The position numbers were made by a program, and so were the translations under genes. A model generated the notes under the pieces. The model searched no databases, was not told the DNA's origin, and saw nothing but the letters and a program-made list of their open reading frames with translations. 64,000 nt of DNA from Octopus sinensis (lineage: Eukaryota). Numbering within the stretch: the stretch's first letter is position 1; each line of letters starts with the position of its first letter. Of the stretch, positions 49,651 through 63,760 are shown piece after piece. The stretch spans positions 207,328,001 through 207,392,000 of the forward strand of contig NC_042998.1 in NCBI RefSeq assembly GCF_006345805.1. Reading direction: 5' to 3'.

Positions 49651-50194
49651 TGAACCTGGCAGTTTGCCGCCGGGGGGTGTTATTAAAACATACTTTTTAC
49701 TTTATACAAGGTCTGGAATTTTGGGGGAGGCAGGGTGGTTCAATTACATCGACTCCAGTGCATGACTGATATTTATTTTATGAAACCTAAAAGGATGAAA
49801 GGCAAAGTCGACCTCGGCGGAATTTAAACTCAGATGAAATGCAAGTATATTGTCCACTCGCCGCCATCAGATGAAGTCATCAAAATATATAATCAGATAT
49901 GGCTTGTTGCTCAGCATGTTGGTCGAGGCCAGCAACAATAGGCGAGATGGGTGGAATAAGTCCATAAATTTCTTCTTTGGCCTCATGATGAGGTCATGCG
50001 ATACTTTTGTGTTCTCAAGAAGTTTCAACGAAGTAATTTAAGAAAAATCTCAGTTGTTAGCAATGGAGCCAACCAAAGAACCTTCACTTCAGAGACAGAG
50101 AATCTTTTCAGCATTCAAGACAAGAAACTTCCGGAGAATGTAAAATAATTCATTTTTCATGGTGAAACTCGAAGTGGAGAGAGCTATAAATAAC

Positions 50195-50457
50195 AACGTG
50201 TAAATGTTGGGCCGGTTCCTCGGCTTCCTTGGCGTATAGATTCCCCACCTGGACTGGACGCCGGTCCGTCGCAGGAAGAAAGAGTGAGAGAAAGTTGTGA
50301 CGAAAGAATCAGCAGAAGTTCGCCATTACCTTCTGCCGGAGCCGCGTGGAGCTTAGGTTTTCGGTCATAAGCACACACATCACCCAGTCTGAGATTCGAA
50401 CCCGCGATCCTTCGACCGCGAGTCCGCTGCTCTAATCACTAGGCCATGTGCCTCCAC
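50195..50457 (-). mobile_element. SINE family 3 head with the 3' tail of the V-like SINE
   Basis: Tail ggcgtccagtccaggtggggaatctatacgcc..aaccggccc matches 2735-2992. Confidence 0.7.
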
Positions 50458-50913
50458 AAATGTTGGGTTAAAAAATGGATAAAGACTTCCGAAGAATTAT
50501 TTTGCTCGAATGGTGGAACGTCTCTCACGTTTATAGAAGATATGGGTTCGAGTTTTACTGGCGTCCTTCGACTTCTATTCAAAGGGCCCTTTTTTTTTAC
50601 CCAGTATTTACATGTTATTGCTTATAGCTTTATCTGCTTCGGGTTCCACTGTTAAAAACGGTTTATTTAATTGCATATACATATACGTATGCATAAACAC
50701 ATACTTTCATGCACACACACATGCTTACACGCACATACAGGCGTTAAAAATCTTTTACCGTTTACATTATATATAGTTACCACGTGTATACTGTGCGTGT
50801 ATGTGTGTGTCCGTGTGTCCATATCTCTCTGTATAACTCAGCATATCTTTATATAAGAATCTACTTCTGAGTTCTATATTTGATATTACTCTTATTTCTC
50901 ATATTTCTAACAA

Positions 50914-50951
<38 letters not shown>

Positions 50952-51464
50952 GGGGAGAGAGAAAACGTGAAATAGACGTTTAGTTGGCCGGACACAGCCT
51001 CTCAAGCACACGCGCGCGTGCGCACAGACGTGTGTGTGCGTATGACTATGTATGCGTGTGTGTTTGTATAACTATATGTCTTTGTGTGTGTGTGTGCGCA
51101 CACACACACACATATGTATATATATATATAAAATACAAAAATAGGACAAGAACGCAAAACATCCAGTTAGACGATACAAAAAAAAAACAAAGACGAGACG
51201 AGTATTTCGGAGTTTTCTTTCTTCAGTCGAGTTCCATATTATCTTTGCGATTTCGGCTGGTTATACTCGAGATTGCTCCAATCTGGTTAGCCCCAAGGGA
51301 AAACTAAGCTAAGAGCATTAGATTCCTTGGAAGAAAGCAGCGAATGTATACGAAAACAAGGATGGAAAAAAACGGAGAAATGGTACGCGCTCTTGTCCCA
51401 TTTTTGGTATTTTTTTATATAAATATAGCGGCATACGTACACTTTGGTATCATATATTATATAT

Positions 51465-51524
<60 letters not shown>

Positions 51525-51526
<2 letters not shown>

Positions 51527-51930
51527 CGCAGGAGTGGCTGTGTGGTAAGTAGCTTGCTAACCAACCACATGGTTCCGGGTTCTGCGTGGCATCTTGGGCA
51601 AGTGTCTTCTGCTATAGCCCCGAGCCGACCAATGCTTTGTGAGTGGATTTGGTAGACGGAAACTGAAAGAAGCCTGTCGTATATATGTATATATATATGT
51701 ATATATGTGTGTGTGTGTGTGTGTTTGTGTGTCTGTGTTTGTACCCCTAGCATTGCTTGACAACCGATGCTGGTGTGTTTACGTCCCCGTCACTTAGCGG
51801 TTTGGCAAAAGAGACCGATAGAATAAGTACTGGGCTTACAAAGAATAAGTCCCGGGGTCGATTTGCTCGACTAAAGGCGGTGCTCCAGCATTGCCGCAGT
51901 CAAATGACTGAAACAAGTAAAAGAGTAAAG
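51525..51930 (+). mobile_element. SINE family 1, full length
   Basis: Match. Confidence 0.85.
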
Positions 51931-51961
<31 letters not shown>

Positions 51962-51963
<2 letters not shown>

Positions 51964-52155
51964 CGGGAAGGTTTACGAAAATAAACAAAAGACGAAGGCA
52001 GGTGGAGTACAAACAAACAATTGTATTAGTATGGCTCTCAGGAATAGAAATAAAACAAGTCTTTTACGTTTCGAGCCTACGCTCTTCGACAGAAAGATAC
52101 ACAGAAAAGAAACAAGGTGAGAAAAAAATTGCGTGTAGGGGCTAACGATTCAACA
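51962..52155 (-). mobile_element. Family H3 PLE-like repeat
   Basis: Minus strand GAAGAG-cgtagg-CTCGAAACGTAAAAG. Confidence 0.45.
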
Positions 52156-53371
52156 TATGTATGTACGTATATGAGTGTATGTCTGTGTGTGTGTGTGTGT
52201 GTATGTGCGTGTGTGTTGCTCGCGCGCTCTTACATACACACATTCACGGGCCAAGTGAGATACATAAGCTCTTGTAAACAAAATCATTCTATTTCGGTTT
52301 CGTATGTTTATGGTTTATAGAAAATAATAACAAGAGTCAGGTAAATGGAAGGAAGCGGCCTCGGCCCGTCTCCCCCCCACCGCCACCGCCGCCGCTTATA
52401 TCATAAGTTTGGTTATTTTGGCAGAAAGGGAAATGGGGGGGAGGGGGTAAAGAGGGAATGGTGAGAGGGGAGAAAAGAAATTTAGAGAAGAGCAGAGAGA
52501 GAGAGAGAAAGAACGACAGATACGTTGGGTCGAGTGATAGGAGCAGAAAAGCGCGCGCGCGGGAAAAAGGGTGAAGGTGAGAGAGAAGGAATAAGAGTGA
52601 GAGAGAGAGAGAGTGTGAGGGCAGAGATAGAGATAGATAGAGAGAAGAGTAGAAAGAAGCAGAAGAGCAAGCGAGAGAGAAAGGGAAAAAGGGAGAGAGA
52701 GAGAGAGAGAGAAAGAGTGAGAGATAGAGAAAGAGTGAGAGGGAAAGAGAGTGGTTAAAGCGGGAGAACAAACGAGTGCGTGTGTAATGTGTATGTGTGT
52801 GTGTGTGTGTGTGAGAGAGAGAAGGGGGAACGAGAGAGAAAGAGTGAGAGGGGAAAGAGAGAGAGAGAGAGAAAGAGGGAGAGAGAAAGAGAAAGAAAGA
52901 GAGAGAAAGAGTGAGAGGGAAAAGAAAGAAAGAGAGAGAAAGACAGAGAAAGACAGAGAGGAGAGAGGAGAGAGAGAGAGAGCTAAGGTAGCTAGCTATC
53001 TAGATAGATAAATAGACAGATAGATAGCGAGAGAGAGAGGGAGAAGGAAAGGTGATAGAGAGCATAGAGGCAGTGAGAGGTGTAGTGGAGAGGAACTATT
53101 CTTTCAGTAAGCTGTTGCAGCAGCAGCAGTTGATAAACAAAGAATAACTGTTAGTCTTTTGTACAAAACGATTAGAGTGCAACTGCAACAGCTCCATCTA
53201 CTGAAGATACGATTAATTACTGGTATTGGTCTCTGTTTCCTCGATACTTCCTGCCTCTACTTTTACTGCTTAAAAATACTATTTCAGAGAAAAGCTGCTG
53301 TTATCGTAACAGCGAATTGAGGGAGAAAGGGCGGCCATTTTGACGTATGTTCCTCTTGTTTAAATAAAACT

Positions 53372-53747
53372 TTTTACTAAAGGAACAAGGTCTGAAATTT
53401 GGAAGGGAGCGGGAATATCGATTACATCGACCCCAGTGTTTCACTGGTACTTGATTTATCGATCCCGAAAGGATGAAAGGTAAAGTCGACCTCGGTGGAA
53501 TTTGAACTCTATTTCTTTTACTATCCACAGGGGGCTAAACACAGAGAGGACGAACAAGGAGAGACAAACAGATTAAGTCGATTATATTGACTCCAGTGCG
53601 TAACTGGTACTTAATTTATCGATCCCGAAAGGATGAAAGGCAAAGTCGACCTCGGCGGAATTTGAACTCAGAACACAAAGACAGACGAATTACTGCTATG
53701 CATTTAGCCCGGCGTGCTAACGTTTCTGCCAGCTCGCCGCCGCCTTC
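53372..53747 (-). mobile_element. SINE family 2, 1.5-mer form
   Basis: Reverse-complement match. Confidence 0.75.
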
Positions 53748-53984
53748 TTGTTTAAATAGCAACGTTTGTCTTGAGAGAACAGAAATTATCCACCAACACA
53801 ATATCTTTTCTCTTTAACTTCGAACGAAAGCACAAGTTCAGAAGGAATACCAATGTTTTGAAAAGACACCCCACCCTAGATTGCGTATAAGATTTGGACC
53901 ACCAAGAGCTGCAGTTAAGATCTGATCTTTGTGGATCTTAAAATGTCTTTTGAGGCCTCCGTAAGATTTGCAGGCCTTATGTTT

Positions 53985-54322
53985 CGGTCATTTGACTGCG
54001 GCCATGTTAGAGCACCGCCTTTAGTCGAGCAAATCGACCCCAGGACTTATTCTTTGGAAGCCTAGTACTTATTCTATCGGTCTCTTTTGCTGAACCGCTA
54101 AGTTACGGCGACGTAAACACACCTGCATCGGTTGCCAAGCGATGTTCGGGGGACAAACACAGACACAAAACATATACACACACATACATAAATATACATA
54201 TATACGACGGTTTTTTTTCAGTTTCCGTCAACCAAATCCACTCACAAGGCTTTGGTCGGCTCGAGGCTATAGTAGAAGACACTTGCCCAAGGTGCCACGC
54301 AGTAGGACTGAACCCGGAACCA
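53985..54322 (-). mobile_element. SINE family 1
   Basis: Reverse-complement match. Confidence 0.8.
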
Positions 54323-54455
54323 AATATATATATATATATATTTATTTATATATAGACATATAAGCAGAAAGTGAGGGAGGAAAAAGGAGATAGAGAGAAA
54401 GAGGGAGGGAACTAGAGAAAAGGAGAGAAGAGGAGAGAGGAAGACAGAATCTTGG

Positions 54456-54487
<32 letters not shown>

Positions 54488-54672
54488 AGACAAAAAACCC
54501 TCCAAAAAACTATGACACCCCAAAAAATGTGCTGAAGAAGTTCGCTTTCCAGCCATGTGGTTTCGTGTTCAGTCCTAGAGCACGTCACTCTGAGAAAATG
54601 TTTTCTACCATGCCTTGAGATGTCCAATGCTTTATGAGGGAATTTGGAAGACGGAAACTCTGTGAAAGCTCG

Positions 54673-54756
<84 letters not shown>

Positions 54757-55185
54757 GCACGCACACACACACACACTGCATACATATAAGGGTAAAGAAT
54801 TATTAAAATAATTCACTACCAGTGGTTAACATGCGTAATAAAAGTCACAAGAGATAAAATATTTTACATAAGAGTGCATAAAGATTCATACACAAAGAGA
54901 AGACCCTTGACAGGACTCCTTACATGCTGAAAAGGGTAGTTAAAACCCAAACCACGAAAAAGGAATTCTTACGGCACGCTGCTAACAAGCACCCGAGTGA
55001 ATAAACAATCAGTTAAGCCTATACTCGAGTTTCGCTATTAATGACTAAATAAATTAATTTGGCATTTGTAGCTCATCAGTAGGGTCGCTAAAAATGCATA
55101 ATTATGTAAGTAACCTTTTCAGCATGTAAGAAGTCCTGTCAAGGATCTCCTCACTGAGTATAAATCTTTACACACACACACACTC

Positions 55186-55250
<65 letters not shown>

Positions 55251-55413
55251 GGCGCAGGAGTGGGCATGTGATAAGAAGCTTGCTTCCCAACCACAGGGTT
55301 CAGGGTAAGTGCCTTCTTTTATAGCCTCGGGCTGACCAAAGCCTTGTGAGTGGATTTCGTAGACGGAAACCGAAAGAAGCCCATCATATATATATATAGA
55401 ATATATATATATA

Positions 55414-55453
<40 letters not shown>

Positions 55454-55662
55454 TTGTGTCTGTGTTTGTCCCCCAACCCGCCCCACCATCGCTTGACAAC
55501 CGATGTTGGTGTGTTTACGTCCGCGTAACTTAGTGGTTCGGCAAAAGAGACCGACAGAATAAGTACTTGGCTTACAAAGAATAAGTCCTGGGATCGATTT
55601 GTTCGACTAAAGGCGATGCTCCAGCATGGCCGCAGTCAAATGACTGAAGCAAATAAAAGAGT
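55251..55662 (+). mobile_element. SINE family 1
   Basis: Match. Confidence 0.8.
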
Positions 55663-56227
55663 ATATAAATATATTTATGCATGCATGTGTGTGTGTGTGT
55701 GTGTGTGCATGAGTGTTTGTCTCGCAATCGCTTGACGATTGATCGTTTGTTTGTTCAACACAATACGTATCGAACTAGGCTCAGTTTGTTCGTCAAAATC
55801 ATTCAAAGAGTTGCTCCATCATGGCCGTTTGTCCAACAAATAAAACATACCCAGTTCTTCACGAACCTGAGATCGAACCTAAATACCTTTTTATTAACTA
55901 GACTCCGCGTTAAAAACTTCATAATCCCTCGAGATAACACTCAAGGAAAGCAGGAATCCATTATTTCTTTTCTGACAGATTGCGTTGAAAATACTTCAAG
56001 ATATTTTTAAATAATCTATTTTAACGGATCGATAGTCGCGTGACTTTATCCCCACCACCACCACCACCACCACCACCACCACCTCTCTTTGTCATGAATC
56101 ATTAAAACATTTCTTTTTTTCAATAAAAGATATTGAATTTTCATTGAAATATACTTGTCAGATATCTGACAAAATATCGTTGATGAACTTCAATAGTTCA
56201 ATGAATAAATAAATAAAAAACCCCCAT

Positions 56228-56321
<94 letters not shown>

Positions 56322-56322
<1 letters not shown>

Positions 56323-56724
56323 CTTTTACTTGTTCTTATTCTTTTACTTGTTTCAGTCATTTGACTGTGGCCATGCTGGAGCACCGACTTTAGTCGAGCA
56401 AATCGACCCCGGGACTTATTCTTTGTAAGCCCAATATCTATCGGTCTCTTTTGCCGAACCGCTAAGTTACGGGGACGTAAACACACCAATGCTAGGGGGA
56501 CAAACGCAGACACACAAACATACACACACATACAAATATATATATATATATATACATATATACGACAGGCTTCTTTCAGTTTCCGTCTACCAAATCCACT
56601 CACAAGGCATTGGTCGGCTCGAGGCTATAGCAGAAGACACTTGCCCAAGATGCCACGCAGTGGGACTGAATCCGGAACCATGTGGTTGGTAAGCAAGCTA
56701 CTTACCACACAGCCACTCCGGCGC
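56322..56724 (-). mobile_element. SINE family 1, full length
   Basis: Reverse-complement match. Confidence 0.85.
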
Positions 56725-56756
<32 letters not shown>

Positions 56757-56760
56757 ATAT

Positions 56761-56797
<37 letters not shown>

Positions 56798-56807
56798 TAT
56801 ATATATA

Positions 56808-56857
<50 letters not shown>

Positions 56858-57503
56858 ATATATATATATAATTTCAGACTTCCTCTTTAAATTTAGCCTG
56901 TCTCCGTTTCTCTTTTTATTTATTTAAAATATTTTATTTTATTCATTTTGGCTTCGTTTCGTATTTTATTCCTCCTTGTGACTCTCCAATTCCGTCGAGG
57001 TCGACTTTGCCTTTCATCTTTTTCGGGGTCGATAAATTAAGTACCAGTTACGCACTGGGGTCGATATAATCGACTTGATCCGTCTGTCTGTCCTTGTTTG
57101 TCCCCTCTGTGTATAGCCCCTTGTGGGTAGTAAAGAAATACATTCTTGCTCCCGTACCTTCTTTGTTTGCTTCTTGTTCTCTCTGGTAGCCGGAAGTTGT
57201 GTGTGTGTGTGTGAGTGAGTGAGAGAGAGAATGTGTAAATGAACGTTAGTCTGCGTGCGCGTGAGATAGATCGGCGGTTGTCTTTATTTTTCTCTTATTT
57301 AAAAGACTACTATTTATCAGTCAAACATTTTCAACCGTGAAATTTCAAGAAAATTTTCAAGTTTATATATCGAGGGAAAGAAATTGAATAAAAAAGTTTG
57401 TTGTCAATGAAACGAAGCGAGTAAAAAAGGAAATGATATATATAAAATAATTCTTCGTTGAAAATGAAAACATCATGGTGATTAGAGACAGATAGGGAGA
57501 GAG

Positions 57504-57535
<32 letters not shown>

Positions 57536-58273
57536 AATAGATTAGACAGTAAGATAGAGAGATAGAAAAATGTAGACAGACAATCAGACAGATATACTAT
57601 GAGATAAGATAGAGAGGAAAGTGGTGTGGTATATGATAGCGGTGTTGATACGTTAACGAGAAGCGGAAGTACTCAAGTACAAATATAGAATTGTGTTGTT
57701 GAGTGTGATGTGTGGACTGTTGAAGAGTGAGAGCTAGAGAAATATATATTAGAGTAGATATTGGAACGACATTGAAAACTATGCCTGCTCATGCCGTTTT
57801 GATAGTAGGATTTCAATGAAACGCAAGCATATGGCGACATAGTGAAAATTTACCGCCAAATCTCGTTCACGTCCGACAACGGCGGCCTCGTCGGTAGCGA
57901 CGGAGTTGTGCAGTTGACATTTTGTGAATTTGTACTCTTAAGTTCTTTCGCAGACGAGAAACTGGAAGTTAGGAGATCGTTTAATCTCACTTGGTCACAA
58001 TACAAAAACGAAAACATCCAAAGTGAAGGACAGCGGAAAGAGAAGGGATTTAGGTTTCGTCCATGTTGGCTTTTCAAATTCGTATTGTAGAATCCAAAAC
58101 GGATTTTCCCTGTAGCTCGACTTGCCAGAAATAATAGATATATTTCCCTCAAATCATACCTTATAGTTTAATGCATTCTTTTAGTTGCTTCAGTCATTAT
58201 CGGCCAGGCTGGAGCACCGCCTTGGAGGATTGTAGCCGAACGAATCGACTCCAGTCCTTATATTTAGCATATA

Positions 58274-58666
58274 CTATCAGTATCGCCCGGTGTTGCTCGG
58301 GTTTGTTTCGACCCTTTAGAATTGGAATTTTTGAAAAGTAAAAATTTTGCATTATGTAGCTTGTTATTCTCTTTAAGTGAACATTTTTCTGATTGAAATA
58401 CACCGAAAAATGGCGACACAGCAGTCAAAAAATCGTAAAAAATAGGGATTTTCAGAGAAAAAAAAGCACCTTTTTGATGTAAATAATTTTTTGTGTTAAC
58501 ATGGTCTGATTTTTGAATTTTTTCTTCTACGGAAGGAAGAGCAAGCCTTCTTCTATCATAATCTCAATTTTGGTCAACTTGTGCAGCAGGGTCTTGGAAG
58601 AGATAGTATTAGTTGAAGGCTACCAAACCTGCCACACACACACAACTTCAGCTTTATATAGAGAGA
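58274..58666 (-). mobile_element. Non-autonomous Helitron, subfamily B
   Basis: Reverse complement of 32875-33266; terminal CTAG mutated. Confidence 0.8.
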
Positions 58667-59376
58667 TATTTGCTTCAGTCATTATCGGCCAGGCTGGGGC
58701 ACCGCCTTGGAGGATCGTAGCCGAATGAATCGACTCCAGTCCTTATATTTAGCGTTTATTTTTTCTATTTACTTGTTTCTGTCACTGGACTACGGCCATG
58801 CTGGGGCACCTCCTTGAAAGGTTTAGACAAACAGATCGACTCCAGTACTTAATTTTAAGTATGGTACTTATTCTACTTGTTTTGTCGAACCGCTAATTTG
58901 GGGAACGTAAGCAAACCAACACTTGAAGCAGTCAATATCTCTGATCGATGAGTTTGGTCATCGAAACGTGAAAACGAAAATCTGACGAGCGCGCTCTACA
59001 CATCTGTCCTCTAGGCGCAACTGACAGGAACTGAGGCGGCCTACCGGCGCGAAAGCTTTTAAGCATGTGCAAGAAGGGTCGCATCACCTTCCACCCAAAG
59101 GATTTTCTCCAGGCAGCGTTAATTTTGGCGGGAAAAATAAAGCTTTTGAACGCACCTTCCAGGTTACATACACACACAGAGGTATACATACATATATATA
59201 TATATACACACATACATACATACATTATATATATATATATATATAATATATATATATACATACATACATACATTATATATATATTTATATATATATACAC
59301 ATACATACATTATATATATATATATATATACAGATACATACATTATATATATATATATATATATACACATACATAC

Positions 59377-59422
<46 letters not shown>

Positions 59423-59465
59423 CATACATTATATATATATATTTATATATATACACATACATATA

Positions 59466-59529
<64 letters not shown>

Positions 59530-60141
59530 CCACATGGTTCCGGGTTCAGTTCCATTGCGTGGCACCTTGGACAAATGTCTTCTACTACAACCTCGGGCCA
59601 ATCAAAAATCTGGTTGACAGAAACGGAAAGATCTTGGAAAAATATAATTTTGGGGTCAACATTAAAAAAAAAATACGAGTGAAGCTGGGTCAATAGGTAA
59701 GAGGTGAGTATGGTCAGTATAGAAATAGGATGGTAGTGCTCAAAAGGATCTTAGCCCAGGGCAAGGCACACTGCCTCAAGACTGGTTATAAGAGAAATTC
59801 AAATCAACTTGATTTGGAGGCAGTAATCCAGATAAACACTGGCTTAATATAATTATATGTAGATGGAGCATTGTCCGCCATGTAAGTATATTTATATCTG
59901 GCCTATGTTTATATCCATAACTCTCTCATATATATGAGAGGTATCCAGAAGACCCAAAAAGGCAGGTGAGGCTATGTAAGTGCTACGGAAGGACCGCTGT
60001 AAGACTCCCTGTTTGATAACGAGTGACGAGTCTAATGCGGATCGTGTGTGAGCGTGTATAGGTTAGATAAATGTTATTTAACACACATACACACACAGGC
60101 TCCCACTATGTTATTTAACACACACATTATATATATATACA

Positions 60142-60306
60142 GGCGCAGGAGTGGCTGTGTGGTAAGTAGCTTGCTAACCAACCACATGGTTCCGGGTTCA
60201 GTCCCACTGCGTGGCATCTTGGGCAAGTGTCTTCTGCTATAGGCCCGGGCCACCCAAAGCCTTGTGAGTGGATTTGGTAGACGGAAACTGAAAGAAGCCT
60301 GTCGTA

Positions 60307-60356
<50 letters not shown>

Positions 60357-60590
60357 GTGTGTGTGTGTGTATGTATGTGTGTGTGTTTGTCCCCCTAGCA
60401 TTGCTTGACAACTGATGCTGGTGTGTTTACGTCACCGTCACTTAGCGGTTCGGCAAAAGAGATCGATAGAATAAGTACTGGGCTTACAAAGAATAAGTCC
60501 CGGGGTTGATTTGCTCGACTAAAGGCGGTGCTCCAGCATGGCCGCAGTCAAATGACTGAAACAAGTAAAAGAGTAAAAGAGTAAAAGAGC
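60142..60590 (+). mobile_element. SINE family 1, full length
   Basis: Match. Confidence 0.85.
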
Positions 60591-62487
60591 TTCCACAGTT
60601 TCCGCTTAGCAAGCTCACTCACCAAGCATTAGTCAGCCCGGGACTAAAGTGCTCCGAAATCCCATGGTTGCAAAGCCAGTTTCTTAACCACCTATTTGTC
60701 CTGCGAGACTAAAGAAGAAGAGAAAGACAAAGGTTAAATGTGATGGATATTAAAATGGACCGATAAAAATTTAGTGAAGGATGAAGTGGTCGTGGGGTAA
60801 GGAGCTTGCTTCTCAACCACATGGTTCCGGGTTCAGTTTCATTGCGTGGCACCTTGGGCAAATGTCTTCTACTACAACCTCGGGCCAATCAAAAATCTGG
60901 TGGCCAGAAACGGAAAGATCTTGGAAAAATATAATTTTGGGGTCAACATTCATAAAAAAAAATACGAGTGAAGCTGGGTCGATAGAAACCCATCGGGTGG
61001 ATTGTTCCAATAAGCAAAATAAATAAATAAATGAAACAAAAAGAAATATGTTAAAGGTACACGTGTCTGTGGAATGATGAACCACTTACATGTCAATTCA
61101 GTCAGGAGCAGGTAATTCAGATGATACAACAACCGAATCCTCATTGTCTAACGACGGAGATCCTCCAATTATTTTTTTAATTTGTATATATTTATTTTAT
61201 TATAAATGCAAAACAATACCCCAGAGGAATCGACGTAAGCTTAATTAATAAACCGTGATAGGTGAACCACAAAACTGCGAGGGATTACTGTAAATCATTT
61301 CCAACCCACGTACAAACACTGTCAACTCTTCGACTCGCATAATGGTGAAATTAGTCATTCGTGCCTTGATAAGATCGCCTCTGAGATTAAATATTACAAC
61401 CGCAAGCATATTCCAATACAATCTCCATCTGAGTAATTGAAGGCATGGTAGCCCCTCAGAAATGTCTCAGTATACAGAAATGTCTGACTTACGGAAGTTG
61501 CTTTGCTAAGTCAAAGCTGAGTATCGTTTGAGTCAAAGAAAAATGTGGTAAAATTGAAGTTTCCCCAGCATTACAATATGTTACTGTTTTGTCCCAATCG
61601 AACTGATTGCTCAGATAATCAGCGGCGTTCTGGCCATGATTAGCCAAGCTTATTTTCAGACATGGTATATTAAATCAATAGGGCAGCGAATCTTCAGATT
61701 GACTTTTCAGCTTACTAGAAACAAGAAAAAATATTCTGTTGCCCCTTCACATGGGATGTTACTAATAAAATCTGTTTTAAAGTTAAAAATCTATTGCTCA
61801 CATTGGTTTGTTAACCTTACTCGTGTATAACAAAAATGAGAAACGTTTTTAAGACACTCAAACTCACTTATGGATTCAATAGAATCTTTATTATATTTCG
61901 GAAAAATTCGCTGTGCTCCACTGCCGCGAGGTGCATCATTTTGGATCCTCTCCACTAGATTGTGATTCTTGGAAAAATTGGCTGTGATTTGTGTCTACAA
62001 ATAGATTTTTCTTAATTTTAAAACAGGTCTTTAATAATTTAATAATTTCCCATGTGAAACAGTAACATCATTTTTATTTCTAGTCTATAGTACACTGCGA
62101 AGTCAAAAATTTGTCGCTGCCATGTTGTCTTAAATATATGTCTGAAAATAAGCTGTCTGGTCATGGCCGGAATGCCGATGATATATATTTATACTTAACT
62201 GTGTTTCAAAAGGTTGAGTTTATACTTTGACTAAATTCAAGATAAGACACGGCGAATTCTATCAGAGAGGTGTCCTGAGTGGAAACTAGGCAGCAACTGA
62301 TGCTCTCTCGCTGATACTGCCAGCTTTTACCGCCAGCCATTGCTGCCGATGTTTCGTGTTTAAGAAATTGTTCGTAAACCGATTTGATCTCCTAAACTGG
62401 GGTTCCACTGTATTTGTAAAATATCTGCTTTTTATATTAAAAAAAATACAAACGACTCGTACAGCAATAGTTAATTTTATTTATTCA

Positions 62488-62873
62488 CTAGCAGTATCGC
62501 CCGGCGTTGCTCGGGTTTGTAAGGGAAATAACTATATCAGCATTTTTAGAGAGTTATAGCCAAAAAATAGCAAAACAAATGCATTAAAAATGGAATAAAA
62601 ATGATGGTATATTTTTTAAAAATCGTTGACTCATCGTAGACATTTTTAGAGAGTTACTTCCCTTATATAATAGCGAAAAATGCATTAAAATGGAAAAAAA
62701 TGATGGCAAATTTTTTTTTAAATCGTAGACGCGCGCTAATACCCAGAAGGGCTCGATATGAATCACGACTATACGATACCCAGTTTTGGTTCAACTGCAC
62801 CGCAAAATGTGGGAGTAGTTAGGAATCTAAATCGTAGGAGACAGACACACAACTTCACTTTTATATATAAAGA
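62488..62873 (-). mobile_element. Non-autonomous Helitron, subfamily A
   Basis: CTAG at 62488, TC (minus strand) at 62873. Confidence 0.85.
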
Positions 62874-63365
62874 TTTAACATCCAGCTACAGTTATTATTA
62901 ACGAAACAATTTTAGCCAAAACAAGGCACAAGTTTGAACCATATTAACAGGATAAATATTGAAGTATTTCTTACTAATTAATTTAAGCTATAATTAATTG
63001 AATACGATTCTGTATATTGAATACAAATGAACGATTGACGAACCAGACAAACTCAAAAGACAGATGTGTTATAAACGAAAGCACAAGATAGGTTCATTTT
63101 CATAGTTGTTGATCAATAGGAAATTAGTTAATTATTGTTAATATTGACAAAGATAGCAATGTTTAAATTTGATTAATCTCTTTCAAGAGAGATTCTATGT
63201 CATTAGCCAAACTAATTTCATTCAGGAATGTCTGGTGGTTACCATCGTAGTAATTAATGCAGACTTTGGTGCACAATTTTGAGAGGCCATAATCGGACGG
63301 TAAAGGGAGGGAGTCTGTTGGTTCCGTTTTGATCCGTAATAAATGGATGCAACCTGAAAAAGTAA

Positions 63366-63760
63366 TCTTTATATATAAAAGTGAAGTTGTGTGTCTGTCT
63401 CCTACGATTTAGATTCCTAACTACTCCAACATTTTGCGGTGCAGTGTAACCAAAAGCGGGTATCTTATAGTCGTGATTCATATCGAGCCCTTCTGGGTAT
63501 TAGCGCGCGTCTACGATGAGTCTACGATTTTAAAAATAATTTACCATCATTTTTTTCCATTTTAATGCATTTCTTCGCTATTATATAAGGGAAGTAACTC
63601 TCTAAAAATGTCTACGATGAGTCAACGATTAAAAAAAAATTACCATAATTTTTTTTCCATTTTAATGCATTTTTTTGCTATTTTTTGGCTATAACTCTCT
63701 AAAAATGCTTATATAGTTATTTCCCTTACAAACCCGAGCAACGCCGGGCGATACTGCTAG
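63366..63760 (+). mobile_element. Non-autonomous Helitron, subfamily A
   Basis: A|TCtttatatataaaag..cccgagcaacgccggg..CTAG|T. Confidence 0.9.

Noticed and set aside
58982-59682. 205-aa ORF 59065-59682
   Set aside because: Mostly (TA)n and SINE sequence
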